This document shows positions 19,900 to 28,432 of a DNA stretch of 64,000 nt, piece after piece. Within the stretch, counting starts at the first letter, position 1, and each line of letters begins with the position of its first letter. This stretch comes from Sedimentisphaeraceae bacterium JB056 (GTDB taxonomy: Bacteria > Planctomycetota > Phycisphaerae > Sedimentisphaerales > Sedimentisphaeraceae). A program made the translations under genes and the position numbers. The notes under the pieces are model-generated. The model was not told where the DNA came from and searched no databases. It was given only the letters and a program-made list of their open reading frames with translations. The stretch is from NCBI GenBank assembly GCA_044440125.1, contig JBITAJ010000004.1, forward strand, positions 96,001 through 160,000. The letters are read 5' to 3'.

Positions 19900-20125
19900 G
19901 TAAAACCAGTTCATTTTCTCCATATCAAAAAACATGAGAGCATATATTAAGTATGTTTTATAGTAGAACATGGTCTGTTTTGACCTTCGGATCGACAGTC
20001 CAATGCTCGCTCCATAAGATGTTATTTCACAATGCCTTAAAACGTTTCTTAAAGCAACAAATAAGGATTACAAGTAAATAACAAGTAGACACAAACAAGA
20101 CCGACAAGTCAGTATCCACTTCAAA

Positions 20126-20147
20126 TTGACGAACTTTTTGACGAACT
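20126..20147. repeat. 10-bp direct repeat x2 (12-bp period), resembling an integrase arm-type site
   Basis: TTGACGAACT-TT-TTGACGAACT. Confidence 0.55.
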
Positions 20148-20569
20148 ATGAGGTACAAATCATAACTGAAATGCACAGCTTATAGAAAGACTCGGCAGGC
20201 TTCTGAAATCATACCACCGCCTTGCCGCTTGAAAAACTTACTATTCAAGCTTAACCTACAGTACCATTGCGCAAAGACTTATATGCATTCGGTATTAAAC
20301 AAAGTCAAACTTTATTGTTTTCTACAACACATAACATAATTACTATGCATCGAGTATAAAAAACAGCTCAAATTAAATCAATTAACCCATCAAAAAAACG
20401 AAGACCTGATACCGGACGAGCTTTTGCACCCTACGCCTTCTCTGCACCCAGAGGCGAATTTCGGCGAACAGAAAAACGGCTGATTTAACAGCATCCCAAA
20501 AACACAAAAACCCTGCTCTTGATACTAAAAACAGTGATTTCGATATCAAAAACAGGGTTTTTAATTTAA

Positions 20570-20642
20570 TGCCAACGGTGAGACTCGAACTCACGACCGC
20601 CGGTTTACAAAACCGGTGCTCTACCAATTGAGCTACATTGGC
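20570..20642 (-). tRNA. tRNA-Thr(TGT)
   Basis: GCCAATGTAGCTCAATTGGTAGAGCACCGGTTTTGTAAACCGGCGGTCGTGAGTTCGAGTCTCACCGTTGGCA folds as a cloverleaf with anticodon TGT; CCA not encoded. Confidence 0.97.
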
Positions 20643-20880
20643 TCCTCTTTACCAAAGGGAACGGAATTATATTAAGCTCAGGTGACTTTATCAAGCAAAA
20701 AAAGTTGAAAATCAGCTTTTTTTTCAACCCGCCCCATAAATATTCTCCTGACAGCATCAATGTTGCAAATCATCAAACATTCTGCTACAATACCGCCTTA
20801 ATCTTATATCTGAAGCGATATTATACCGACAGCCCTTAGCCGCGGTATATTCTGAATTATTTAATCTATAAGTTGGTATT

Positions 20881-21975
20881 ATGGAAAAAATGTGTGTTAA
20901 AATACCGGCATCCCCTGCCGGAGAATACGAAATACTGATTGGCAGCGGAATCCTTGACGATTCTCTAATATCCGATTTTGCGGGCAAAAAACGCGTCATG
21001 ATCGTCAGCGATGAAAATGTTGAACGCGCAGGCATCCTAAAAGATATCAACCTCTCTGATGGCTGGGAGAAATTCATTATCTCACCGGCAGGCGAGATCA
21101 GCAAAAACATCACAACCGTAACATCCATAATAGAGCAGATGGAAACTGCCGCTATGGGACGCGACAGCGTAATCGTAGGCATTGGCGGCGGCACCGTCGG
21201 CGACATGGCCGGTTTTGCGGCAGCTATCTTCAAACGCGGCATACCCGTTCTGCACATACCTACAACGACAGTTGCTCAGGCCGATTCCAGCATTGGCGGC
21301 AAGACCGGCGTGGACTCCACCAAGAGCAAGAACGCTTACGGCTGTTTCTGGCAGCCATCGGGGGTTATCATAGATGTGCAGACACTCAAAACCCTTGATG
21401 AAAGACAATACCGCAGCGGACTCGTTGAGTCAATCAAGCATGCTTTGATAATGGACAGCGGGTATTTTGAGTTTTTCGAGTCTAACATCGGTAATCTGCT
21501 TATGCGTGAGGACAATACGCTGATTACTCTCGCCCAATATAACTGCCGTATCAAGGCTTCTGTAGTCGAGCAGGACCCGACAGAGAAAAACCTTCGCCGT
21601 ATCCTTAATTATGGACACACAATCGGCCATGCGGTTGAAACACTCAGCGACTACACACTTTACCATGGTGAATGTGTTGCAGTGGGAATCGTAGGTGCTT
21701 CTATGATCGAGCAGAAAATCGGTATCGGCACAGCGGAGCGTACCAGCCGCATAAAAGATGTGCTTCTCGCCCTTTCACAGCCGGTAGAGATACCAGCCGA
21801 ATACGAGCTTGACGCAATGATTGATATTATCCGCCGTGATAAGAAGGCAGTTGACGGCTGGCCGAGATTCGCACTGATTGAAGAAGTTGGCAAGGCGTAT
21901 TGCAAAGATGGCCAGTGGGCGCATCCTGTTAATATTGACACTGTAACAGAAGTAATAAAAGAGCTTTACGGATAA
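20881..21975 (+). CDS. aroB: 3-dehydroquinate synthase
   Basis: GGGTVGDMAGF, IPTT...DSSIGGKTG, LNYGHTIGHAVE, HGECVAVG, DKK. Confidence 0.95.
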   Translation: MEKMCVKIPASPAGEYEILIGSGILDDSLISDFAGKKRVMIVSDENVERAGILKDINLSDGWEKFIISPAGEISKNITTVTSIIEQMETAAMGRDSVIVGIGGGTVGDMAGFAAAIFKRGIPVLHIPTTTVAQADSSIGGKTGVDSTKSKNAYGCFWQPSGVIIDVQTLKTLDERQYRSGLVESIKHALIMDSGYFEFFESNIGNLLMREDNTLITLAQYNCRIKASVVEQDPTEKNLRRILNYGHTIGHAVETLSDYTLYHGECVAVGIVGASMIEQKIGIGTAERTSRIKDVLLALSQPVEIPAEYELDAMIDIIRRDKKAVDGWPRFALIEEVGKAYCKDGQWAHPVNIDTVTEVIKELYG

Positions 21976-21979
21976 CAGC

Positions 21980-22342
21980 TTGGCTTCAAGACGTATACAA
22001 TTTCCCGTTACCGAGCTTAAGGCTCAGGCTCTTTATGAGCGAATGGATAATTGCGGTTTGCAGGAAGCTGATCTGGATGAGCAATTTGTGCGGTCCAGCG
22101 GTCCGGGCGGCCAGAACGTCAATAAAACATCCACCTGCGTAATGCTCAAGCACAACCCAACCGGCCTTGAGGTTAAATGTGCTAAGAGGCGTTCGCAAGG
22201 CTTAAACCGCTATTATGCACGTAAATCCCTTTGTGAACTGCTGGAAAACGCCGAACTCGGCAACAAAAGCCCAGCCGCACAGAAAGCCGACAAAATACGT
22301 AAGCAAAAACAAAGAAGAAAACGCCGCGCAAGCAAGAAATAA
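21980..22342 (+). CDS. Peptide chain release factor-like ribosome rescue protein (RF-1 domain, ArfB/C12orf65-like)
   Basis: RSSGPGGQNVNKTST GGQ motif, RSQGLNR, basic C-terminal tail. Confidence 0.88.
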   Translation: MASRRIQFPVTELKAQALYERMDNCGLQEADLDEQFVRSSGPGGQNVNKTSTCVMLKHNPTGLEVKCAKRRSQGLNRYYARKSLCELLENAELGNKSPAAQKADKIRKQKQRRKRRASKK

Positions 22343-22362
22343 ACTAACAAGAGGAGGAAACT

Positions 22363-23820
22363 ATGCTTGGAAATGTACTCTTACCATTCTTTCTGCCAAT
22401 ACCTGATGGTATTTATGAATTTTGGGCTGCTGTATTTATAGTTGTAATTGTTGAGTCGCTTGTTTTGTGGAAAGCCTTTGCTGTTAGCTGGAAACGTGCG
22501 GTATGGATTGTTTTTGTCGTCAACACCCTTTCTACTCTTATTGGAGGCTTTGTTGCCTTCTTTCTTTCTGCGGCTTTATCTGCCCCCATCTTTAACCCGA
22601 AAGATCTTATAGAATATAGCCGCCAAATAACTGTTTCTGCAATAGCTACTTATATTCTATGTTTAGTGCTTAGTATTCTACTTGAATGGTGGGGAATAAA
22701 CGAGAGAATTCGCAAGCAAAATAAAAGTATTACAAAGAAGCAAACTTTCAAGGTCACTCTTATCGCAAATTTGATTAGCTATATACTCTTATGTCCATGG
22801 CATTATTATACTTCCCATAAGCAGTATTTTCGCGAGGTTGAATATAAGAGCGACTGGGCAATTACGCCTACAGAAAAATTATACTTTCTTGATGAGGACA
22901 AGTATCTCTGCTCAATACATACTGATGGAAAAGATAAACAGACATTAATTACAAGCCCTATTAAAGGATACATTGTTTCTCAGGATCTTAAATATTGCGT
23001 ATACTGGCAGGAAGATAACAAATTATACATCTATAATTCTGAAACCTCGCAAACAAAGCAAATTACAACTCTCTATAAAGATGGTAAATATGACCCTCAT
23101 TTTGAAGCTTATATGAATAAATTTGCCACACCGAATAATATTGCAATAAGTCCTGAGAATAAATGGATAGTTTGGACAACTTCTAACAATAGTAAATATG
23201 ACAGCTTTAGTGATAAAGAACTTCCAAAGAGTAAGATTTATTATTATGACATTCAGGCAGGAAAATCGTTTGTTTATTCTGTTTCAGGCTTTGCAGAGCA
23301 AACAGCTTTTTCAGAGGATGGTTCGATCGTTTATCTCCAATGTGCACCAAAACCAGATCATAGCATGAAAATTAATGTAATACATGATTTGGTAAGCGTA
23401 AAAATATCGAGCGACAATTCGTTGTTCATAAAGCAGGAAGAGCCTGATAATTTAGAATTAGCTGCGTGTTATGGTAGATTTGGTGATTATGGATATTCTG
23501 GTGATGACATTAGATATCATCGTTCATTTAAAATCCAGCAAGGTGTGTACTCTTTTCGCTATGCTGGTTTTCGTTTAGAGATAAATGGAAGTCGTAAGCG
23601 ATTTAATGATACACATTTTTTAATGCCAAGATATTTTGGCACAATGAAAAGTCCTACGCTTCTTGAAAACCGACAGGAAATAGTCGTAGAAGCGCGCGGC
23701 GGAATTTACTTGATGGATATCTCAGAGCGTAAGTTTGGATTGATTACATCCGGTTCGGATTATATCATGAAATCTGATGTCTGGGATAAAAAGATTCTTT
23801 TTAAGTCAGAAGATTATTGA
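22363..23820 (+). CDS. Hypothetical membrane protein with TolB-like beta-propeller
   Basis: About 4 N-terminal TM helices followed by VSQD / ISPENKW / FSEDG blade-like motifs. Confidence 0.6.
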   Translation: MLGNVLLPFFLPIPDGIYEFWAAVFIVVIVESLVLWKAFAVSWKRAVWIVFVVNTLSTLIGGFVAFFLSAALSAPIFNPKDLIEYSRQITVSAIATYILCLVLSILLEWWGINERIRKQNKSITKKQTFKVTLIANLISYILLCPWHYYTSHKQYFREVEYKSDWAITPTEKLYFLDEDKYLCSIHTDGKDKQTLITSPIKGYIVSQDLKYCVYWQEDNKLYIYNSETSQTKQITTLYKDGKYDPHFEAYMNKFATPNNIAISPENKWIVWTTSNNSKYDSFSDKELPKSKIYYYDIQAGKSFVYSVSGFAEQTAFSEDGSIVYLQCAPKPDHSMKINVIHDLVSVKISSDNSLFIKQEEPDNLELAACYGRFGDYGYSGDDIRYHRSFKIQQGVYSFRYAGFRLEINGSRKRFNDTHFLMPRYFGTMKSPTLLENRQEIVVEARGGIYLMDISERKFGLITSGSDYIMKSDVWDKKILFKSEDY

Positions 23821-23831
23821 AGGTGTATAAA

Positions 23832-24380
23832 ATGATAAAAGAGGTTAAAGATAATTCTGCTATAAAATTTCTTACTACCAAGCCTACGATGATAATCACT
23901 ACATTGCATGCTAACGGCAAGGTTAATGCGGGTGTGTTTGGTGCTTATACAAACCTCTCTTCGGAGCATGTAGGCGTGGCAGTGTCGCCGCGGAGTGATA
24001 CTTATCGTAATATACTGCGTACCGGCGAGTTTACGATTAACGTGCCTTCGGTTGAGTATGTTAAGACGCTTTCGATTCTTGCACGCAGATTTCCTGAAGG
24101 CGTCAGCGAAGTCGAAGAAGCGTCACTGACAACAAGACCGGCAATAACAAACTCAGCACCATCAATAAAAGAATGCGTTGCGGCAGTGGAATGCAAACTC
24201 TCGCAGAATCTGACTACAGGTTCGCATGAACTGTTCATTGGTGTTGTTACTGGTGGATGGATAAAGGAAGATGTGTTGAGCGATGACGGCAGGCTTGATG
24301 TCTTCAAGGCTAAAGTCGTAAAAGATTTCTGCTACCCCAAACCACTCTATATGCTTCCCGGTGAAGTAGTAGAAGACTGA
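23832..24380 (+). CDS. Flavin reductase family protein
   Basis: IITT...G.VN, SDTYRNILRTGEFTIN, AAVECK...GSHELFIG. Confidence 0.85.
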   Translation: MIKEVKDNSAIKFLTTKPTMIITTLHANGKVNAGVFGAYTNLSSEHVGVAVSPRSDTYRNILRTGEFTINVPSVEYVKTLSILARRFPEGVSEVEEASLTTRPAITNSAPSIKECVAAVECKLSQNLTTGSHELFIGVVTGGWIKEDVLSDDGRLDVFKAKVVKDFCYPKPLYMLPGEVVED

Positions 24381-24393
24381 TTTAATGATGCAG

Positions 24394-24413
24394 GGGCACG
24401 GCATGCCGTGCCC
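24394..24413. repeat. REP-like perfect palindrome
   Basis: GGGCACGGCATGCCGTGCCC preceded by GCAG. Confidence 0.7.
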
Positions 24414-24692
24414 TTAAAACAAACCATTTTACTATACAATCGGAAAATTCGACATACATATTAATATCCCAAGGTCAACGGAAATTGCGTTAAAACAAAC
24501 CGGATAAATATTATGCACACCTAAATCCTGTTCGATTTTGTTTGTTTATGTTTTTTACAAAGCCATTCTACTCCCAAAAACCAATATTATAGTAGTATTC
24601 GAGTATTATTTGTGTTAAAATCCGTTCAAATTTAGTATATAATATAGATTGAATCAATCTTTTGAATTAAGAAACAATATCGGAGCTTTATT

Positions 24693-26075
24693 ATGACATA
24701 TGATGTAGTTGTTATTGGCGGCGGCCCCGGCGGTTACGCGGCAGCCATACGTTGTGCACAAAAAGGAGCAAAAGTTGCTCTCGTAGAGAAAGACGCTATG
24801 GGCGGCACATGCCTCAACAGGGGCTGTATCCCTTCAAAGGCACTTCTCGGCTCGGCACATTTCCTCACGCTCGCCAAACACGCCAACCTTATGGGCCTCG
24901 AAATCGGCTCACTCAAACCGAACTGGACAAAGATGCAGGCTCGTAAAGACGCCATCGTAAAGGGGTTCAAAGGCGGCGTAACCGGCCTGGTAGAGAGCAA
25001 CGGCATTAAGATATATGAAGGCATCGGAATCGCAACTGCTGCCGACAAAGTAAGAGTAGACAAAGCAGACGGCTCAAACGAAACCATCGACTGCAAGAAA
25101 ATAATCCTCGCTACCGGTTCAGTTCCGGTTCAGATTCCGGTATTCCCGTTTGACGGCGAGAAAATCATCAGCAGTAATGAGGCACTGAGCCTTCCTGCGA
25201 TACCGGCATCAATGGTTATCATTGGTGGTGGAGTTATCGGCTGTGAGCTTGGCTGCGTATACGCAACTCTCGGCTGCAAGGTAACAATCGTTGAAGCACT
25301 TCCTACAATCCTTCCAAACGAAGATGAGTGGGTAGGCAAGACTCTCGTTCGCGAGTTCAAGAAAATCGGCATCAACACACTCACAGGCACAAAGGTGCTT
25401 GGCGTTGACACAGCAGGTGCCGGATGCAAGGTAAGCCTTGAAGGTGCTGACGCTATCAAGTGCGAAAAGGTGCTCGTTGCGGTAGGCCGCCGTGCTATAT
25501 GCGATGACGAGACAGTAAAGAGCCTGTCTCTGGAAATGGAAGGACCAAAGGTCAAGGTAAACGATAAGCTTGAGACAAGCACCAGCGGCGTGTATGCCAT
25601 AGGTGACGCTGTGGGAACCACTTATCTTGCTCACGGAGCGTTCATGGAAGCGGAAGTTGCCGCTGTCAACGCTACCGGCGGCGATGAAAAGATGGAAAAC
25701 TACCACCTGATCCCAAGAGCAGTTTACACATTCCCTGAAGTTGCCTCAGTCGGACGCAGTGAGAAAAGAGCTATTGAGCTTGGCTATGACATCGAAGTCG
25801 GCACCGCACCTTTCCGTTCTAACGGAAGAAGTATCGCCCACAACGAAACAACAGGCCAGATCAAGGTGATAAAAGACAAAAAGACCGGCAAGGTAATAGG
25901 CGTAACAATGCTTGGAGCAACGGTTACAGAAATGCTGGCATCAGCAAGAGCCTTGATGGGTTCTGAAGAGAAGATAACTGAAGTATGTTTCGCTCACCCA
26001 ACGGTTTCTGAGGTATTGAAGGAAGCCTGGGAAGATGCATACCATGTAAGTTTACATGTACCCCCGTCAAAGTAA
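24693..26075 (+). CDS. lpdA: Dihydrolipoyl dehydrogenase
   Basis: GGGPGGY, GGTCLNRGCIP, IGGGVIG, HPTVSE. Confidence 0.93.
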   Translation: MTYDVVVIGGGPGGYAAAIRCAQKGAKVALVEKDAMGGTCLNRGCIPSKALLGSAHFLTLAKHANLMGLEIGSLKPNWTKMQARKDAIVKGFKGGVTGLVESNGIKIYEGIGIATAADKVRVDKADGSNETIDCKKIILATGSVPVQIPVFPFDGEKIISSNEALSLPAIPASMVIIGGGVIGCELGCVYATLGCKVTIVEALPTILPNEDEWVGKTLVREFKKIGINTLTGTKVLGVDTAGAGCKVSLEGADAIKCEKVLVAVGRRAICDDETVKSLSLEMEGPKVKVNDKLETSTSGVYAIGDAVGTTYLAHGAFMEAEVAAVNATGGDEKMENYHLIPRAVYTFPEVASVGRSEKRAIELGYDIEVGTAPFRSNGRSIAHNETTGQIKVIKDKKTGKVIGVTMLGATVTEMLASARALMGSEEKITEVCFAHPTVSEVLKEAWEDAYHVSLHVPPSK

Positions 26076-26116
26076 TTCAGATTGATCTGAGTTATTACAG
26101 ACATCTCAATATAGAC

Positions 26117-26154
26117 CAAAAACCGCCGCGATTGCAAAATCACGGCGGTTTTTG
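26117..26154. terminator. Bidirectional Rho-independent terminator
   Basis: CAAAAACCGCCG...CGGCGGTTTTTG. Confidence 0.8.
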
Positions 26155-26162
26155 TTTTTCAT

Positions 26163-26924
26163 TCAATATCCTCCACCAATTTGAGGAGTAATCTCGTTTT
26201 GCTCTACAAGCTCAGTCCATATTCTTCTGTATGTCTCATTTGTTTCCATTTGTTCGGCGTGTTCTTTTCGCCTTTTCTCTACATATTTTATATAAGCCGA
26301 CTTTATTTCTTCTTCTCGCTTGGATTCCTCTTCTGGAGACAAACCAACTAAAGCCTTACCGGTAAAATTCGGATACGACATCTTAAAATATTGAAAATCA
26401 TCAGGATTTGTAATTTGCTTAATCCATGATATTATACGCCCTTCTTCCGCCCTTTTTGATGCTTCAAACTTGTAATTATCAATAAGCGTTCTGAGCTCAG
26501 ACGTTTCCCAGGTAAGGCCATAAATCTTCTCGTTATCCCAACCTATGTTGATACAGTAAATTACTTCACCTGTATTAAATTGTAAAACATGCCCCAAATC
26601 CTTGTTATGACTATTTTGAGCATCAAAAATACACTCTTTAATTTTCTGTATTCTTTCGTAGTCATCCGTAGGAATATACCCCCCATACAACACATCATAC
26701 AATAATTCTCTTCTTTCAGTATTATTGAAGTAACAATCATTTAGGAGATCGATATCTATCTCCAAAACATTTTCGCTTGATAGTTTATCAACCATTTCAG
26801 GATAGCCGCTGAACCATATGTATTCAGGTGGCCTATTAGAACGTTCGATATAAAGGAACACTGCAAGAGCGATTGTTGCTAATAACACGAACAAGATATT
26901 TATGATAATTATTTTCCGAGTCAT
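26163..26924 (-). CDS. Hypothetical membrane-anchored protein (paralog 3 of a tandem trio)
   Basis: N-terminal TM helix; PEYIW, EIDID, GWDNEKIYG shared with neighbours. Confidence 0.8.
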   Translation of the reverse strand: MTRKIIIINILFVLLATIALAVFLYIERSNRPPEYIWFSGYPEMVDKLSSENVLEIDIDLLNDCYFNNTERRELLYDVLYGGYIPTDDYERIQKIKECIFDAQNSHNKDLGHVLQFNTGEVIYCINIGWDNEKIYGLTWETSELRTLIDNYKFEASKRAEEGRIISWIKQITNPDDFQYFKMSYPNFTGKALVGLSPEEESKREEEIKSAYIKYVEKRRKEHAEQMETNETYRRIWTELVEQNEITPQIGGGY

Positions 26925-27000
26925 TCTGTATTGCCATGCATAGACTTAGGAATTTTCAATTGTTCTTGTTTTACACGCCATCATATCTATCAAGTAAGAT

Positions 27001-27576
27001 TTATTCTGGTTCATTTTTTCTGATACCAGCTCCCATCATCATGTCTGGATTTTCCTGTTTTTTTTCTTCCATTTGACGAAGTGCCCTTTCTCTGCCACGC
27101 TCGACTCTTTTTTTCATACAGCCTTTCCAATCTTCTATAGTCTCGTAGAGTTCTTTTGATTGCCATCCACTACCATATATTTTCTCATTATCCCAGTCTG
27201 CTCTTAAATAGTACATCTTGTACCCAAAGATTCTGTTCCCTGTCTTAAAAAAAATCACACTATCAGTATCCGATGTTTGGTATTTATCGGCAAGAATAAT
27301 ACAATCAACAAACTCAAGAATTCTGTCATGATCGGTTATAGGCGCAAATCTTGCTAATATATCTGAGACAACAAGAGTGTTTCTCTTTTTAAAATTGAAA
27401 TATCCATCATTGATCCTGTTTATGTCGATTTCAATGACTTTATTTCTTAAATCTTTAAGCTGACTATTGTCTTCCAACCAAACATATTCGGGATTTCGAT
27501 TTATCAAATAAAATGCAATAGAAACCATTATTGACAATATCACAATAAGTTTATTTTTAGAAATAATCTTTTTCAT
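27001..27576 (-). CDS. Hypothetical membrane-anchored protein (paralog 2)
   Basis: N-terminal TM helix; NPEYVWL, EIDIN, FKTGNRI, WDNEKIYGSGW. Confidence 0.8.
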   Translation of the reverse strand: MKKIISKNKLIVILSIMVSIAFYLINRNPEYVWLEDNSQLKDLRNKVIEIDINRINDGYFNFKKRNTLVVSDILARFAPITDHDRILEFVDCIILADKYQTSDTDSVIFFKTGNRIFGYKMYYLRADWDNEKIYGSGWQSKELYETIEDWKGCMKKRVERGRERALRQMEEKKQENPDMMMGAGIRKNEPE

Positions 27577-28124
27577 TTCATCTGTCCCGGGAAATTAGGA
27601 TCATTATATAAATTTTCCATTTCAACACCTACTCGCTGACGGGCTCTTTTCATTGATCTTTCATTATCCTCTTTCCAATCATTAACTAAATAATAGAACC
27701 ACTTTGATTTCCAGCCGTCTCCGTATATTGTTTCCGTATTCCAACCCACTTTCAAACAGTATATTTTTTTGCCGACAATCCGATTACCAGTTTCAAATGT
27801 TAGGAAAAACGGCAAATCGGCTGACTCTTCACTTTGCTCGAAGCGAGTTATATTCGAAATAATGGCTCTAATTTGTTGCTGATCACTAACGGGCAAGAAG
27901 AGGTGGTAATAGCCTTCTGCCCGCAAAAAAGAGCGATAATTGTAATTAATCTTTCCATTTCCGATTTTATTAATGTCAATGTAGTTAATTTTATCATAAG
28001 CATCTTTAAGTTTATCTGGATTGTCTAACCAAATATACTCCGGGTTTTTATTGCCACAATAAACGCCTGCTAAAATAACTGCAACGGACAAGATTGCTGT
28101 CAATATTTTCTTGATCATTATCAC
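27573..28124 (-). CDS. Hypothetical membrane-anchored protein (paralog 1)
   Basis: N-terminal hydrophobic segment; NPEYIWL, IDIN, FETGNRI, GWNTETIYGDGW. Confidence 0.8.
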   Translation of the reverse strand: MIMIKKILTAILSVAVILAGVYCGNKNPEYIWLDNPDKLKDAYDKINYIDINKIGNGKINYNYRSFLRAEGYYHLFLPVSDQQQIRAIISNITRFEQSEESADLPFFLTFETGNRIVGKKIYCLKVGWNTETIYGDGWKSKWFYYLVNDWKEDNERSMKRARQRVGVEMENLYNDPNFPGQMK

Positions 28125-28255
28125 TACCCCAATTAATCAACTATACCAAAGCTGATAGCAAAGTCAATAGTACCAAGGGATATATAATTAAAAAACATTA
28201 GATAATCATAGACCGTTTTTAGGAGCCCAGAGCGTAAAAAGAGGGGATTTTGTGC

Positions 28256-28284
28256 TTGCAAAAGGGGTTGTGTTCTACTATAAT
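28256..28284 (+). promoter_or_regulatory. Sigma70 promoter of the ffh operon
   Basis: TTGCAA-N17-TATAAT. Confidence 0.7.
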
Positions 28285-28432
28285 CTGCCCTCTTACTTCT
28301 GCGCCAGAAGTGTATACTTTGGCGATGTAAGCAAAAGTTGGTGGTAATGATAGTGTATTATCTCAATATTCATGCTTTTGCGGCAGTCGTCATATATTAT
28401 TAATAGCGAAAGAAAAACAGGGATATACAGTT

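Larger units (their letters stand above)
1..20569. mobile_element. Probable tRNA-Thr-anchored genomic island (left boundary outside window)
   Basis: Visibly AT-richer than the genes right of the tRNA, accessory glycan gene content, lies on the tRNA 3' side with arm-like repeats; no integrase or att duplicate seen in the window. Confidence 0.55.

Noticed and set aside
19821..20569. CRISPR array or integrase gene at the island junction
   Set aside because: Repeats are only 6-14 bp pairs with no regular spacers; no integrase ORF found
20382..20627. 81-aa ORF
   Set aside because: Overlaps tRNA-Thr; spurious translation
28291..28432. SRP RNA (ffs) upstream of ffh
   Set aside because: No conserved SRP domain IV (CAGG...GGAA...AGCA) hairpin seen
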